From an uncultured Alphaproteobacteria bacterium (GTDB lineage: Bacteria > Pseudomonadota > Alphaproteobacteria > Puniceispirillales > Puniceispirillaceae), in assembly GCA_913048595.1 (NCBI GenBank), contig CAJWVJ010000001.1:9544-73543 (forward strand): DNA of 64,000 nt. Direction: 5' to 3'. The translations under genes were made by a program, and so were the position numbers. The notes beneath the pieces are model-generated. The model had not been told where the DNA came from, did no database searches, and worked only from the letters and a program-made list of their open reading frames with translations. Below, piece after piece: positions 21,396 through 30,189 of the stretch. How positions within the stretch are numbered: the first letter of the stretch is position 1; each line of letters starts with the position of its first letter.

Positions 21396-22193
21396 CTACC
21401 CAGCCACCGCATCATATATGAGTTTGACACTCATCGCGAACAACACGCTGTAGCTGAAATGATAGAAAATCCGGTCCGACATCATCCTGTTCAACTGGCG
21501 TCCGGCATAGACCCCTATCGGAATCAGCGGCAGCAGGCAGGCCGAGACGGTCATCGTGTCGCGGGTGAACAACCCCAGATCGCCATAGAAGGGCAGCTTG
21601 GCAATATTGATGGTGAAGAAATAGATCGTCATGGTGCCGACAAAAGCCTGGCGCGCCAGCCCGTGTGGCAGCAGGAAAATCTGCGCCGGTATGCCGCCTG
21701 AAAGCGACACGAAGCTCGCCAGTCCCGATAATCCGCACCAGCCGAAGGCGCGCTGCCAGATGCGCCCCATCATCCGCTTTGCGACCTCTTCATTGGTGAC
21801 ACCGCTTGGCCAAATCAGCTGGCGGCCGTAATCAAGCGCGATGATGATGCCGACAAGGCCGATCAGCAGAATCAGCACCCGGTCGTTGAGATAGTCGAAC
21901 AGAAGCCACCCTGCCAGCTGCCCGGCGATCCCGAAGCCGCACATGATCAGGGCGAAGCGCCGGTTCATCCATTGCCGCCACAGATAGACGACCCACACAT
22001 CGGTGATCAGGAACAGCGGCAGTAACACGCCAAGAGCCAGCTTCGGCGGCAGAACAAACAGCAGAATGGGCGTGCTGAGCGATCCAAGCGCGCCGCCAAA
22101 CCCCGATTTCGAGATCGATACCGCCATGACCGACAGAAAGCAGATCAGCCAGAAATAGACAGGCGTGTCCTGCAACGCCTCAAAGCCTGTCAT
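21396..22193 (-). CDS. TauE/SafE (TSUP) family exporter
   Basis: ISKSGFGGALG, LLPLFLITD, repeated hydrophobic halves. Start MTGFEAL overlaps the DMT stop. Confidence 0.85.
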   Translation of the reverse strand: MTGFEALQDTPVYFWLICFLSVMAVSISKSGFGGALGSLSTPILLFVLPPKLALGVLLPLFLITDVWVVYLWRQWMNRRFALIMCGFGIAGQLAGWLLFDYLNDRVLILLIGLVGIIIALDYGRQLIWPSGVTNEEVAKRMMGRIWQRAFGWCGLSGLASFVSLSGGIPAQIFLLPHGLARQAFVGTMTIYFFTINIAKLPFYGDLGLFTRDTMTVSACLLPLIPIGVYAGRQLNRMMSDRIFYHFSYSVLFAMSVKLIYDAVAG

Positions 22194-23149
22194 GCGCCTA
22201 TCCTTCTCTCTTCTCCCGCGGCCACCCCTGAAACAGGCACGCCAGCGCCATCCTGGGCCACATTTCGCCGGCCTTCCCGCATAGCGATATAGGACACACC
22301 GCCAAGAACCACCAGCGCCCCGAGAAGGGTCGAGGCAGTGGGAATTTCGTCGAACAAGGCGATGCCGAACAGAATCACGAACAGAAGCTGGATATATTTG
22401 CCGGCCTGGGCCGCCCACATCGGCCCGGCGAAGGACCGCATCAGCGTCACATGGCCAAGCGTGGCCGCCACCCCGATGACAAGGATTCCCATCCAGTTGT
22501 TAGCCGACATTGGCTGCCAGACAAGCAGCGCGAAGGGCAGCGAGACCAGCGTGATGGTCACGGACAAGGCGAGGATGATGAAAGTATCATCATGATGCGC
22601 CTTCAGCTGCTTGGCGATCAGGTCGGAAAAGGCGAAACAGGCCGCCGTCACCATCACCGCCATGGTGCCAGCCCCGATGGTGCTGAAGCCGGGCTTGATG
22701 ATGATCAGCGCCCCGGCAAAGGATATCAGGATCGCCATGACCCGGCGCAGGCGCAGTCTTTCGCCAAGAAACAGCGCCGCGCCGATGGTCGCCCAGACCG
22801 GGCTGAGATTGAGAATGGCGTTCACATAAGCCAGCGGAATGGCGTTGATCGAAAAGAACCACAGGCTGACACCGGTCGCATGGATCATCCCGCGCCCGAC
22901 AAGCGCGCCGCGCACTGGCGAGCGCCAGAGCTGCGGAAGCATCCTGCCGGCAACCGGAAGAAGAAGACAAATCCCGACCACATAGCGAAGCGCCGCCGTC
23001 TGGGTTGGCGGTAGATCGTCAAGACACAGACGAACCGCCAGCATGACGACGGAAAACAACATGCTGCTGACAATCATCCACCCCAGCGCGTGACGAACCG
23101 CCCGCCCGCTTTCGGGCGGCGGCGTGGCTGGCGGGGCTACCGCGGTCAT
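22190..23149 (-). CDS. DMT/EamA family transporter
   Basis: About 10 TM segments, ALFLGERL, IIKPG, LFDEIP. Confidence 0.88.
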   Translation of the reverse strand: MTAVAPPATPPPESGRAVRHALGWMIVSSMLFSVVMLAVRLCLDDLPPTQTAALRYVVGICLLLPVAGRMLPQLWRSPVRGALVGRGMIHATGVSLWFFSINAIPLAYVNAILNLSPVWATIGAALFLGERLRLRRVMAILISFAGALIIIKPGFSTIGAGTMAVMVTAACFAFSDLIAKQLKAHHDDTFIILALSVTITLVSLPFALLVWQPMSANNWMGILVIGVAATLGHVTLMRSFAGPMWAAQAGKYIQLLFVILFGIALFDEIPTASTLLGALVVLGGVSYIAMREGRRNVAQDGAGVPVSGVAAGEERRIGA

Positions 23150-25062
23150 GAAGCACGGCTTTCATCCCAGAACAGGGGACCGCCGCGAAAGGCCGGAAAC
23201 CCGATCCCGAAGATGCAGGCGGCATCTGCGATATCGGCTGACCCGACAACCCCCTCGTCCACCGCCGCAAGACATTCCGCGACAAGCGGCGCCAGCATGT
23301 CGGCGGCGATGGCGTCAAGCTCGTCAGCATCATAGCTGCCGCGAGGGCGTATGGCCTTTTTGCCGTCCCATTCATAAAAGCCGGACCCGCTTTTGCGGCC
23401 CATATCGCCAGCCTCGATCATCGCGGTAAAGCGCGCCGCCACAACCGGCGAGATGCCGGTAACCTGACCGGCCCCGAGGCAGACATCAATCCCCACCTGA
23501 TCGCACAGTTCGATTGGCCCCATCGGCATGCCGAAGGTGACAAGCGCCTGATCGATCCTGTCCGGATCGGCGCCATCAAGCACCGCCTCGACAGCCTTGA
23601 ACACATAGGGCAGAAGCGCCCTGTTGACCAGAAAGCCGGGCGCCGACTTGCACCGCACAGGCAGCTTCTTCAGCGCCCCGCAGACATACATGGCGCGGTC
23701 CACAAAGGTGCTGTCGCTGGCATCGGAATAGACAATCTCGACAAGTGGCAGCACCGGCACCGGGTTGAAGAAATGCATGCCGATCAGCCGGTCCGGCGAT
23801 GCGAGCGCTGTGCCGATCTCCTCAAGCGGGATAGCCGAGGTATTGGTTGCCATGATGGCGTCCGGCTTCATACGGGCCTCGGCCGCGGCAAAGACCGACT
23901 GCTTGATCTTCAGATCTTCGGCCACCGCCTCGATCAGCAAATCGGCATCCGCCAGCCTGTCGCCAGCGGCATCGGCCCGAAGCCGCGCCAGCGCCTGCTG
24001 CACCTTTTCGGGCGCTTTCAGACGCCTCTCATAGAGACCGCGCGCCCGCTTGATGGCCTTGTCCACGGCCTCGGCAGAAATGTCCTGAAGCGAGACGGTG
24101 AACCCGTTCATCGCGGCAACTGCAGCGATATCACCACCCATTGTACCAGCACCGATGACATGAATGTGCGAGACGTGATGCTCCCCGCGCCCGCCCTTCT
24201 TCACCATGTCGGTCAGCTGAAAATTGCGCCGCATGCCAGCCGAGGCAGGTGTCATCATAAGCTTAGAAAAGAGTTTCGTTTCGCTTTTCATCATATTGTC
24301 TTTGTTGAATTCTGAAACAGAGTAGTGATCCAGAATTCCAAACGGGGCCGGCATGTTCCGCGCGCTTGTCCTGGCCAGCAACGCGGCGCGTTCCGCCTCG
24401 ATCATGGCGGCGGTGTCAGCCGTCCGGGGGGCCGGACGTCGTGCGATCTGGCCGGCGATAGCCTCACGCCCGGCTGCCGCAAGGTCATCGCGGCTGGCAA
24501 CAAGGTGGTCGATGGCGTTCGCCTCGAACGCTTCACGCGCCTTCATTGGCTTGCCATGCAGAACCAGCTTCAGTGCGGTTTCCGGCCCCATCCGGTCCCA
24601 GGCCCTGACCGATCCGCCATAGCCGGGAAGAAGGCCGAGATTGATCTCGGGAAACCCGACCTGGCAGGCCGCGTCGTCGATGGCGATGATCCGGTCGAAG
24701 GCCAGCGCCAGTTCGAACCCGCCGCCGACGCAGATCCCGTCGATCAGGATGACGCTGGGGCAGTCCAGCCCCTCGATGGCGGCGAAACATGCCAGCACAT
24801 CGGCGATATGGGCCTCGATTTCGGCGGCGCTTGCGAACAGGGCAAATTCATTGACGTCCGCACCGAAGATGAAGCCGCGCGGCTTTGCCGAGGAAAAGAC
24901 GAACCCGGCAGGCGCGCGCGTCACAATCTCGTCGACTGCCTCGATCAGCTCGGCCATCACTTCCTGCGCGAACACATTGACAGAGCGGCCCTTGGCGTCC
25001 ATCGACAGGCGGGCAATTCCGGCATCATCAAAGCTCAGCTCGAAATGGGTGTAATTGGACAA
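23146..25062 (-). CDS. Enoyl-CoA hydratase/3-hydroxyacyl-CoA dehydrogenase (FadB/FadJ-like)
   Basis: FIFGADV, GGGFE, PEINLG (hydratase); GAGTMG, TNTS, HFFNP, GFLVNR (dehydrogenase). Confidence 0.92.
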   Translation of the reverse strand: MSNYTHFELSFDDAGIARLSMDAKGRSVNVFAQEVMAELIEAVDEIVTRAPAGFVFSSAKPRGFIFGADVNEFALFASAAEIEAHIADVLACFAAIEGLDCPSVILIDGICVGGGFELALAFDRIIAIDDAACQVGFPEINLGLLPGYGGSVRAWDRMGPETALKLVLHGKPMKAREAFEANAIDHLVASRDDLAAAGREAIAGQIARRPAPRTADTAAMIEAERAALLARTSARNMPAPFGILDHYSVSEFNKDNMMKSETKLFSKLMMTPASAGMRRNFQLTDMVKKGGRGEHHVSHIHVIGAGTMGGDIAAVAAMNGFTVSLQDISAEAVDKAIKRARGLYERRLKAPEKVQQALARLRADAAGDRLADADLLIEAVAEDLKIKQSVFAAAEARMKPDAIMATNTSAIPLEEIGTALASPDRLIGMHFFNPVPVLPLVEIVYSDASDSTFVDRAMYVCGALKKLPVRCKSAPGFLVNRALLPYVFKAVEAVLDGADPDRIDQALVTFGMPMGPIELCDQVGIDVCLGAGQVTGISPVVAARFTAMIEAGDMGRKSGSGFYEWDGKKAIRPRGSYDADELDAIAADMLAPLVAECLAAVDEGVVGSADIADAACIFGIGFPAFRGGPLFWDESRAS

Positions 25063-25111
25063 ATTCGCCTCCCTGGCGTGTCACGGAAAATTCCCGGCCC
25101 TGCCGACCGAC

Positions 25112-25924
25112 CTACCTCTTACCTGCCGCGACCTCGCCGGCTAGGCGTCTCGCCGCCAAGACGACGGATTCGACAGTCTCATGAATTTGGTAATTTGCCA
25201 CCTGTTTTTCAGCCCCACCACCCATGACCGGCAGGTCGCCCTCGGGATGATGACGCCGCAGCATCCAGACCGGGATGGCAAGCTCACGCGCCGCCGCGAT
25301 CTTGGCGAAACTGGCCGGACCGCCCGAATTCTTGCAGCACAGAAGCGTGATGCCATTGTCCGAGAAAGTCCGGCGTTCCTCGGCTTCGGTCTGCGGCATG
25401 GCATTGATGAAGGTGGCATTGGCCGGCCCGGCGCGGCCTTCGACATTCAGCGCCCGGGCCAGCAGGGTGATGTCGTCGCGTCTGGTAAAAATCTCGATCG
25501 ACCGGGTGCCGCCCGCAAGGAACACACGCGCGCCGGCGGGGATGGCGTCGGCCATATCCTGCCAGCTGTCGAAACTCCGCCACGCATCCCCCGCCTGCGG
25601 GGTCCAGGGCGGCCGCTCCAGCCGCAGGCACGGGATTCCCAGAATCCTGGCCGCTTCGCGGACATTGCGGCTGATCTGCCTTGCGAAAGGATGGGTCGCG
25701 TCAATCAACAGCCCGACCCCGTTCTCCCGCGCATAGGCGGCCAGCCCGTCGGCACCGCCAAAGCCTCCCATGCGGGTCGGTACGGGAAACGGTGCCGGAT
25801 CGGGCGTCGCCCCGGCAAGAGAGGCCGTCAGGCTGACAGACGTTTCGGCTCTAAGCGCGTCGATCACCGCACGGGATTCGGCGGTGCCGGCCAGAACCAG
25901 CGTCTCCAGCCGGGGCGCGGTCAT
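25112..25924 (-). CDS. cobK: Precorrin-6A/cobalt-precorrin-6A reductase
   Basis: LAGTAES, GGFGG, IDATHPFA, KNSGG, KIAAAR. Confidence 0.95.
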   Translation of the reverse strand: MTAPRLETLVLAGTAESRAVIDALRAETSVSLTASLAGATPDPAPFPVPTRMGGFGGADGLAAYARENGVGLLIDATHPFARQISRNVREAARILGIPCLRLERPPWTPQAGDAWRSFDSWQDMADAIPAGARVFLAGGTRSIEIFTRRDDITLLARALNVEGRAGPANATFINAMPQTEAEERRTFSDNGITLLCCKNSGGPASFAKIAAARELAIPVWMLRRHHPEGDLPVMGGGAEKQVANYQIHETVESVVLAARRLAGEVAAGKR

Positions 25925-27069
25925 GCCGCGCTTCCCGTGCCGAACATGCCGGCACGGCCAAGACAGACGCCGTCGCGGCTGATCACAACCACCTCAACCT
26001 CGGTCGGCGCGCCACGAAGGTGCGCCAGCGCGGTGTCGCGCGCGCCTGCGGCGATGGTGGTCGCCAGCGCTGTGCGCTGCGAATCCGTTGCCATCTGCGA
26101 GACTTCAAGAACCGAATTCGCACGCGCCACCGCCGCGCGATCCATGCCGAGCGGCGGCGCCAGATCGGCAAGACGGTCGAAATCCACCTGCGAGCGCGCC
26201 GAATGAAGGTCGATCGCCCCCTGCGACAGCTTCACGAGCTTGCCGAACCCGCCAAGGATCGACAGGCGCGGCACCGGATGACGCCGCATGTATTTCAGCA
26301 TGCCGCCGACAAAATCGCCCATATCGATCAGCGCGATCTCGGGAAGGTCATACTCCCCCTGGCCCCAGGCTTCCGACGTGGCGCCTGTCGATCCCATGAC
26401 ATGAGGCAGGCTATTGGCCCGCGCCACATCGATCCCGCGATGGATCGAGGCGATCCAGGCCGAACAGGAAAAGGGCCTGACAACACCCGTTGTCCCCAGA
26501 ATCGAAATGCCGCCTTCGATGCCAAGCCGCGGGTTCCATGTCCTGGTCGCGATCTCGGCCCCGTCCGGCACCGAGATCTCGATCGCGACATCCATTGTCC
26601 CGCCAAGCGCCGCGGCAAGCTCGGCTACCGCATCCTGCATCATCTGGCGCGGCACAGGGTTGATGGCGGGCTCGCCGACCGCCACCGGCAGGCCGGGCTT
26701 GGTGATGGTGCCGACACCCTCGCCGCCGGAGAAAACCACCCCCTTGCCGGGCGCCCCCCGGCGCAGGGTGGCACAGATCATCGCGCCATGGGTGACGTCG
26801 GGATCATCACCGGCATCCTTGATGATCGCGGCGCGGAACCACTTCTCTTGCCCGTCGGCCCCTTGCCCGTCGTCCCCATGCGCGGTCTCGGCAACGGCGA
26901 GATCGGCGTTTTTGCCGCTTGGCGTGACAATTGTGACGCGATCAGGAAACTGCCCGGTGAGCATCGCCGTGTAGGCTGCATTCACGGCAGCGGTGGCACA
27001 TGTACCCGTGGTCCAGCCAAACCGGAGCTTCGTCTCGAGCCTGTCTTTCCGCGTCGCGGACCGGGTCAT
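25921..27069 (-). CDS. cbiD: Cobalt-precorrin-5B C1-methyltransferase
   Basis: GWTTGTCATAA, KDAGDDPDVTHG, NPRLGIEGGISILGTTG. Confidence 0.96.
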   Translation of the reverse strand: MTRSATRKDRLETKLRFGWTTGTCATAAVNAAYTAMLTGQFPDRVTIVTPSGKNADLAVAETAHGDDGQGADGQEKWFRAAIIKDAGDDPDVTHGAMICATLRRGAPGKGVVFSGGEGVGTITKPGLPVAVGEPAINPVPRQMMQDAVAELAAALGGTMDVAIEISVPDGAEIATRTWNPRLGIEGGISILGTTGVVRPFSCSAWIASIHRGIDVARANSLPHVMGSTGATSEAWGQGEYDLPEIALIDMGDFVGGMLKYMRRHPVPRLSILGGFGKLVKLSQGAIDLHSARSQVDFDRLADLAPPLGMDRAAVARANSVLEVSQMATDSQRTALATTIAAGARDTALAHLRGAPTEVEVVVISRDGVCLGRAGMFGTGSAA

Positions 27070-27210
27070 CTATCGGACACCTGTCGGGTTGGGCTTCAGC
27101 CTGTTTCCGGCCCGGCCGATTGGCCTTGCAGGTTGCGTGCTGTTACCGTTAACTGCCTTGATTAGTAGCGAATTTACATAAGCGAATCCACCACCACCGG
27201 ACCCGAGAAG

Positions 27211-28101
27211 ATGACCAGCGACAGCCACGACCATCCAGCCCGCCACGCCGGCAGCCTGCCGGCGCTGGACGCGCGCGAATGGCCGGTCTTCCAGCCGGGC
27301 TGGGTGTGGATGACAGGTGGCGGCCCGGGAGATCCGGGACTGATCACGCTTCACGCGCTGAACGCCCTGCAACAGGCCGATGTCATCATCTATGACGCAC
27401 TTGTCGATCCGGCGCTGCTGCGATGGGCGCGGCCCGGGGCGGACATCGAATATGCCGGCAAACGCGGCGGCAAACCCTCGCCAAGCCAGCGCGACATCTC
27501 GCTGCGTTTGATCGAACTTGCCCGCGGCAACAAGCGTGTGCTGCGCCTGAAGGGCGGCGATCCGTTCGTGTTCGGTCGTGGCGGCGAGGAAGCACAGACT
27601 CTGGTCCAGGCCGGAATCAATATCCGGGTCATTCCGGGAATTTCGGCCGGCATCGGCGGGCTTGCCTATGCCGGTATTCCGGTGACCCACCGCGACGTCA
27701 ACCAGTCAGTAACCTTCCTGTCAGGCCATGACCGCACCGGGCTGACGCCCTCCGCCATCGACTGGGACGGTCTTGGCCGAAGCGCGCAGGTCATCGTGAT
27801 GTATATGGCGATCAAGCATATGCCCGATATCTGCGAGAAGCTGATCGCCGCCGGCAGGCCGGCCGACGAACCGGTGGCCGTTGTCCGCAACGCCACCCGC
27901 GAGGATATGGCGGTGCTTGAGACAACGCTAGCAAAGGCGCCGGAGGATATTGTCGAAAGCGGAATCGGCGCCCCGGCGATCGTCTGCATCGGGCGGGTGG
28001 TTCTGATGCGCCAGTGCCTTGACTGGCTTGGCCAGATGGCGGGCGAGCCGGTGCGCGACACCGACCCGCTTGGCGTGCGTGCCGTCTCGGAAACAGGCTG
28101 A
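27211..28101 (+). CDS. cobA: Uroporphyrinogen-III C-methyltransferase
   Basis: GGGPGDPGLIT, YDALV, RLKGGDPFVFGRGGEE, IPVTHR. Confidence 0.95.
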   Translation: MTSDSHDHPARHAGSLPALDAREWPVFQPGWVWMTGGGPGDPGLITLHALNALQQADVIIYDALVDPALLRWARPGADIEYAGKRGGKPSPSQRDISLRLIELARGNKRVLRLKGGDPFVFGRGGEEAQTLVQAGINIRVIPGISAGIGGLAYAGIPVTHRDVNQSVTFLSGHDRTGLTPSAIDWDGLGRSAQVIVMYMAIKHMPDICEKLIAAGRPADEPVAVVRNATREDMAVLETTLAKAPEDIVESGIGAPAIVCIGRVVLMRQCLDWLGQMAGEPVRDTDPLGVRAVSETG

Positions 28102-29396
28102 TGGCATCGCATGGGCTGGTCGTGGCCGGCCTCACCTCGGGAAGCGGCAAGACAACGGTGACGCTTGGCCTTCTTCGCGCCATGACGCGCGCCGGACTGT
28201 CCGTCTGCGCGGCGAAATCCGGTCCTGACTATATCGATTCCGCCTTCCTTGCCGCAGCCAGCGGCGCGCCAGCGGTGAATCTCGACAGCCATGCCATGGT
28301 TCCGGCGCATCTGCGCCAGCTGGCAGCAGACAGCCCGTGCCCAATGCTTCTCATCGAGGGGGTCATGGGGCTGTTCGACGGCACCGATGGCGGCAGCGGC
28401 AGCACCGTGTCGGTGGCGGCGGCGTTGCGGGCTCCGGTGATGCTGGTTCTCGACGCCCGCCACCAGGGGCAGACAGCCGCCGTGCTTGCCGCCGGCATCG
28501 CCACGCAACTTCCGGACGGCGTTGCCCTTGCCGGGGTGGTGCTGAACCGCATCGCCTCGCCACGGCATCAGCTGCTGATCACCGAAGCGCTTGCCGACCG
28601 CGGCATCGCCATGTTCGGCAGCCTGCCTGCCAATGGCGATATTGAAATTCCCTCCCGCCATCTGGGGCTGGTGCAGGCGGCGGACCTTGCCGCCACCGGC
28701 GCTCTGGACCCTGTGATCGAACAGGCGGCGGACCTGGTCGCGGCGAATCTCGACCTGACAGCCATCGAAGCCGCCTTCCGCCAGCTTGCCGGATCGGACG
28801 ACCAGCCAACCCGGCTCCCCCCGCCGGGGCAGCGCATTGCCGTGGCGCGCGATGCCGCCTTCGGCTTTGCCTACGAGCATATGATGGCGGGCTGGCTGGC
28901 CGCCGGGGCCGAGATCACGACCTTCTCGCCACTGGCCAACGAGACGCCGGACAGCAGCGCCGATTTCATCTTCCTTCCCGGCGGCTACCCGGAACTGCAT
29001 CTGCCGGTCCTGTCATCCGCAGGCAGCTTTCTTGACGGGCTTCGCAAGGCGGCGGCGCGCGGCACGCGGATCTATGGCGAATGTGGCGGCTACATGGTGC
29101 TTGGCGACGCGATCACCGGTGCCGATGGTGAGAGCCACGACATGGCTGGCCTGCTGCGTCTGCAAACAAGCTTTGCCAGCCGCAAGCTGCATCTTGGATA
29201 TCGCCGGATGACCCCGCTGACCGGGTTCTGGCCGGGTCTGCCACCGGTTTCAGGCCATGAGTTCCATTACACAAGCGCCATCCGCGCCGAGGGCGACCCG
29301 CTGTTCGCGATGGCCGATGCCGGCGGGCGCGATCTCGGCACGACCGGCCTTGCGTCAGGGCCTGTCGCCGGGTCCTACGCCCATATCATCGCCTGA
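28101..29396 (+). CDS. cobB: Cobyrinate/hydrogenobyrinate a,c-diamide synthase
   Basis: SGSGKTT, KSGPDYID, IEGVMGLFDG, PSRHLGL, ECGG, HEFHY. Confidence 0.95.
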   Translation: MASHGLVVAGLTSGSGKTTVTLGLLRAMTRAGLSVCAAKSGPDYIDSAFLAAASGAPAVNLDSHAMVPAHLRQLAADSPCPMLLIEGVMGLFDGTDGGSGSTVSVAAALRAPVMLVLDARHQGQTAAVLAAGIATQLPDGVALAGVVLNRIASPRHQLLITEALADRGIAMFGSLPANGDIEIPSRHLGLVQAADLAATGALDPVIEQAADLVAANLDLTAIEAAFRQLAGSDDQPTRLPPPGQRIAVARDAAFGFAYEHMMAGWLAAGAEITTFSPLANETPDSSADFIFLPGGYPELHLPVLSSAGSFLDGLRKAAARGTRIYGECGGYMVLGDAITGADGESHDMAGLLRLQTSFASRKLHLGYRRMTPLTGFWPGLPPVSGHEFHYTSAIRAEGDPLFAMADAGGRDLGTTGLASGPVAGSYAHIIA

Positions 29397-29403
29397 CCGC
29401 CGG

Positions 29404-30189
29404 TCAGCCATCAGCGCCTGTGGCCCGGCCACGCTTCGGGCGAAGCACATGCACATGCTCGGCATCATAAAGCGCGCTGTCACGAAAATCGGTTGTCTGC
29501 GCCAGCGCCGGCCCGACAAAGATCAGCGCGGTGCGGGTGATCTTGGCCTCCTGAACCTTGGACCGGATGTCCGACAGCGTACCGTGAATATAGGATTCAT
29601 CCGGCCAGCCGACGCGGTAGGCCACAATCACCGGGCAATCCTCGCCATAGAGCGGGGCCAGATCACGCTCGATCTGCCGCAGATTGCGGACCGACAGGTG
29701 GATGGCCAGCGTCGCCCCGGTCCTGCCAAGGCTTGTCAGCTCCTCGCCCGGCGGCATCGCCGACGACTTCATCGCCGTGCGGGTGAGGATCAGCGACTGC
29801 GCCACCTCCGGCACTGTCAGCTCGATCCCCAGACCGGCGGCGGCGGCGGCATAGGCCGACACACCGGGCACGATCCTGTAGTCAATGCCGAGCGTCTTCA
29901 GCCGCCTGATCTGTTCGGCGATGGCGCCATAGAGCGACGGGTCGCCGGAATGTACCCGCGCCACATCCTGCCCCCTCTGATGCGCTGCCGCCATCTCGTC
30001 GATGATGTCGTCCAGCGTCAGCGACGCCGTGTCGATCACCCGCGCATCCGCCGGCGCGGCGGCGACAACAGCCTCGGGCACAAGCGATCCGGCATACAGA
30101 CAGACCTGGCAGCTTTCGATCAGCCGCAGCCCGCGCACCGTGATCAATTCGGGATCACCGGGCCCGGCACCGATGAAGTGAACCGTCAT
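29404..30189 (-). CDS. cobM: Precorrin-4 C11-methyltransferase
   Basis: VHFIGAGPGDPELITVRG, YAGSLV, HSGDPSLYGAIAEQ. Confidence 0.96.
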   Translation of the reverse strand: MTVHFIGAGPGDPELITVRGLRLIESCQVCLYAGSLVPEAVVAAAPADARVIDTASLTLDDIIDEMAAAHQRGQDVARVHSGDPSLYGAIAEQIRRLKTLGIDYRIVPGVSAYAAAAAGLGIELTVPEVAQSLILTRTAMKSSAMPPGEELTSLGRTGATLAIHLSVRNLRQIERDLAPLYGEDCPVIVAYRVGWPDESYIHGTLSDIRSKVQEAKITRTALIFVGPALAQTTDFRDSALYDAEHVHVLRPKRGRATGADG

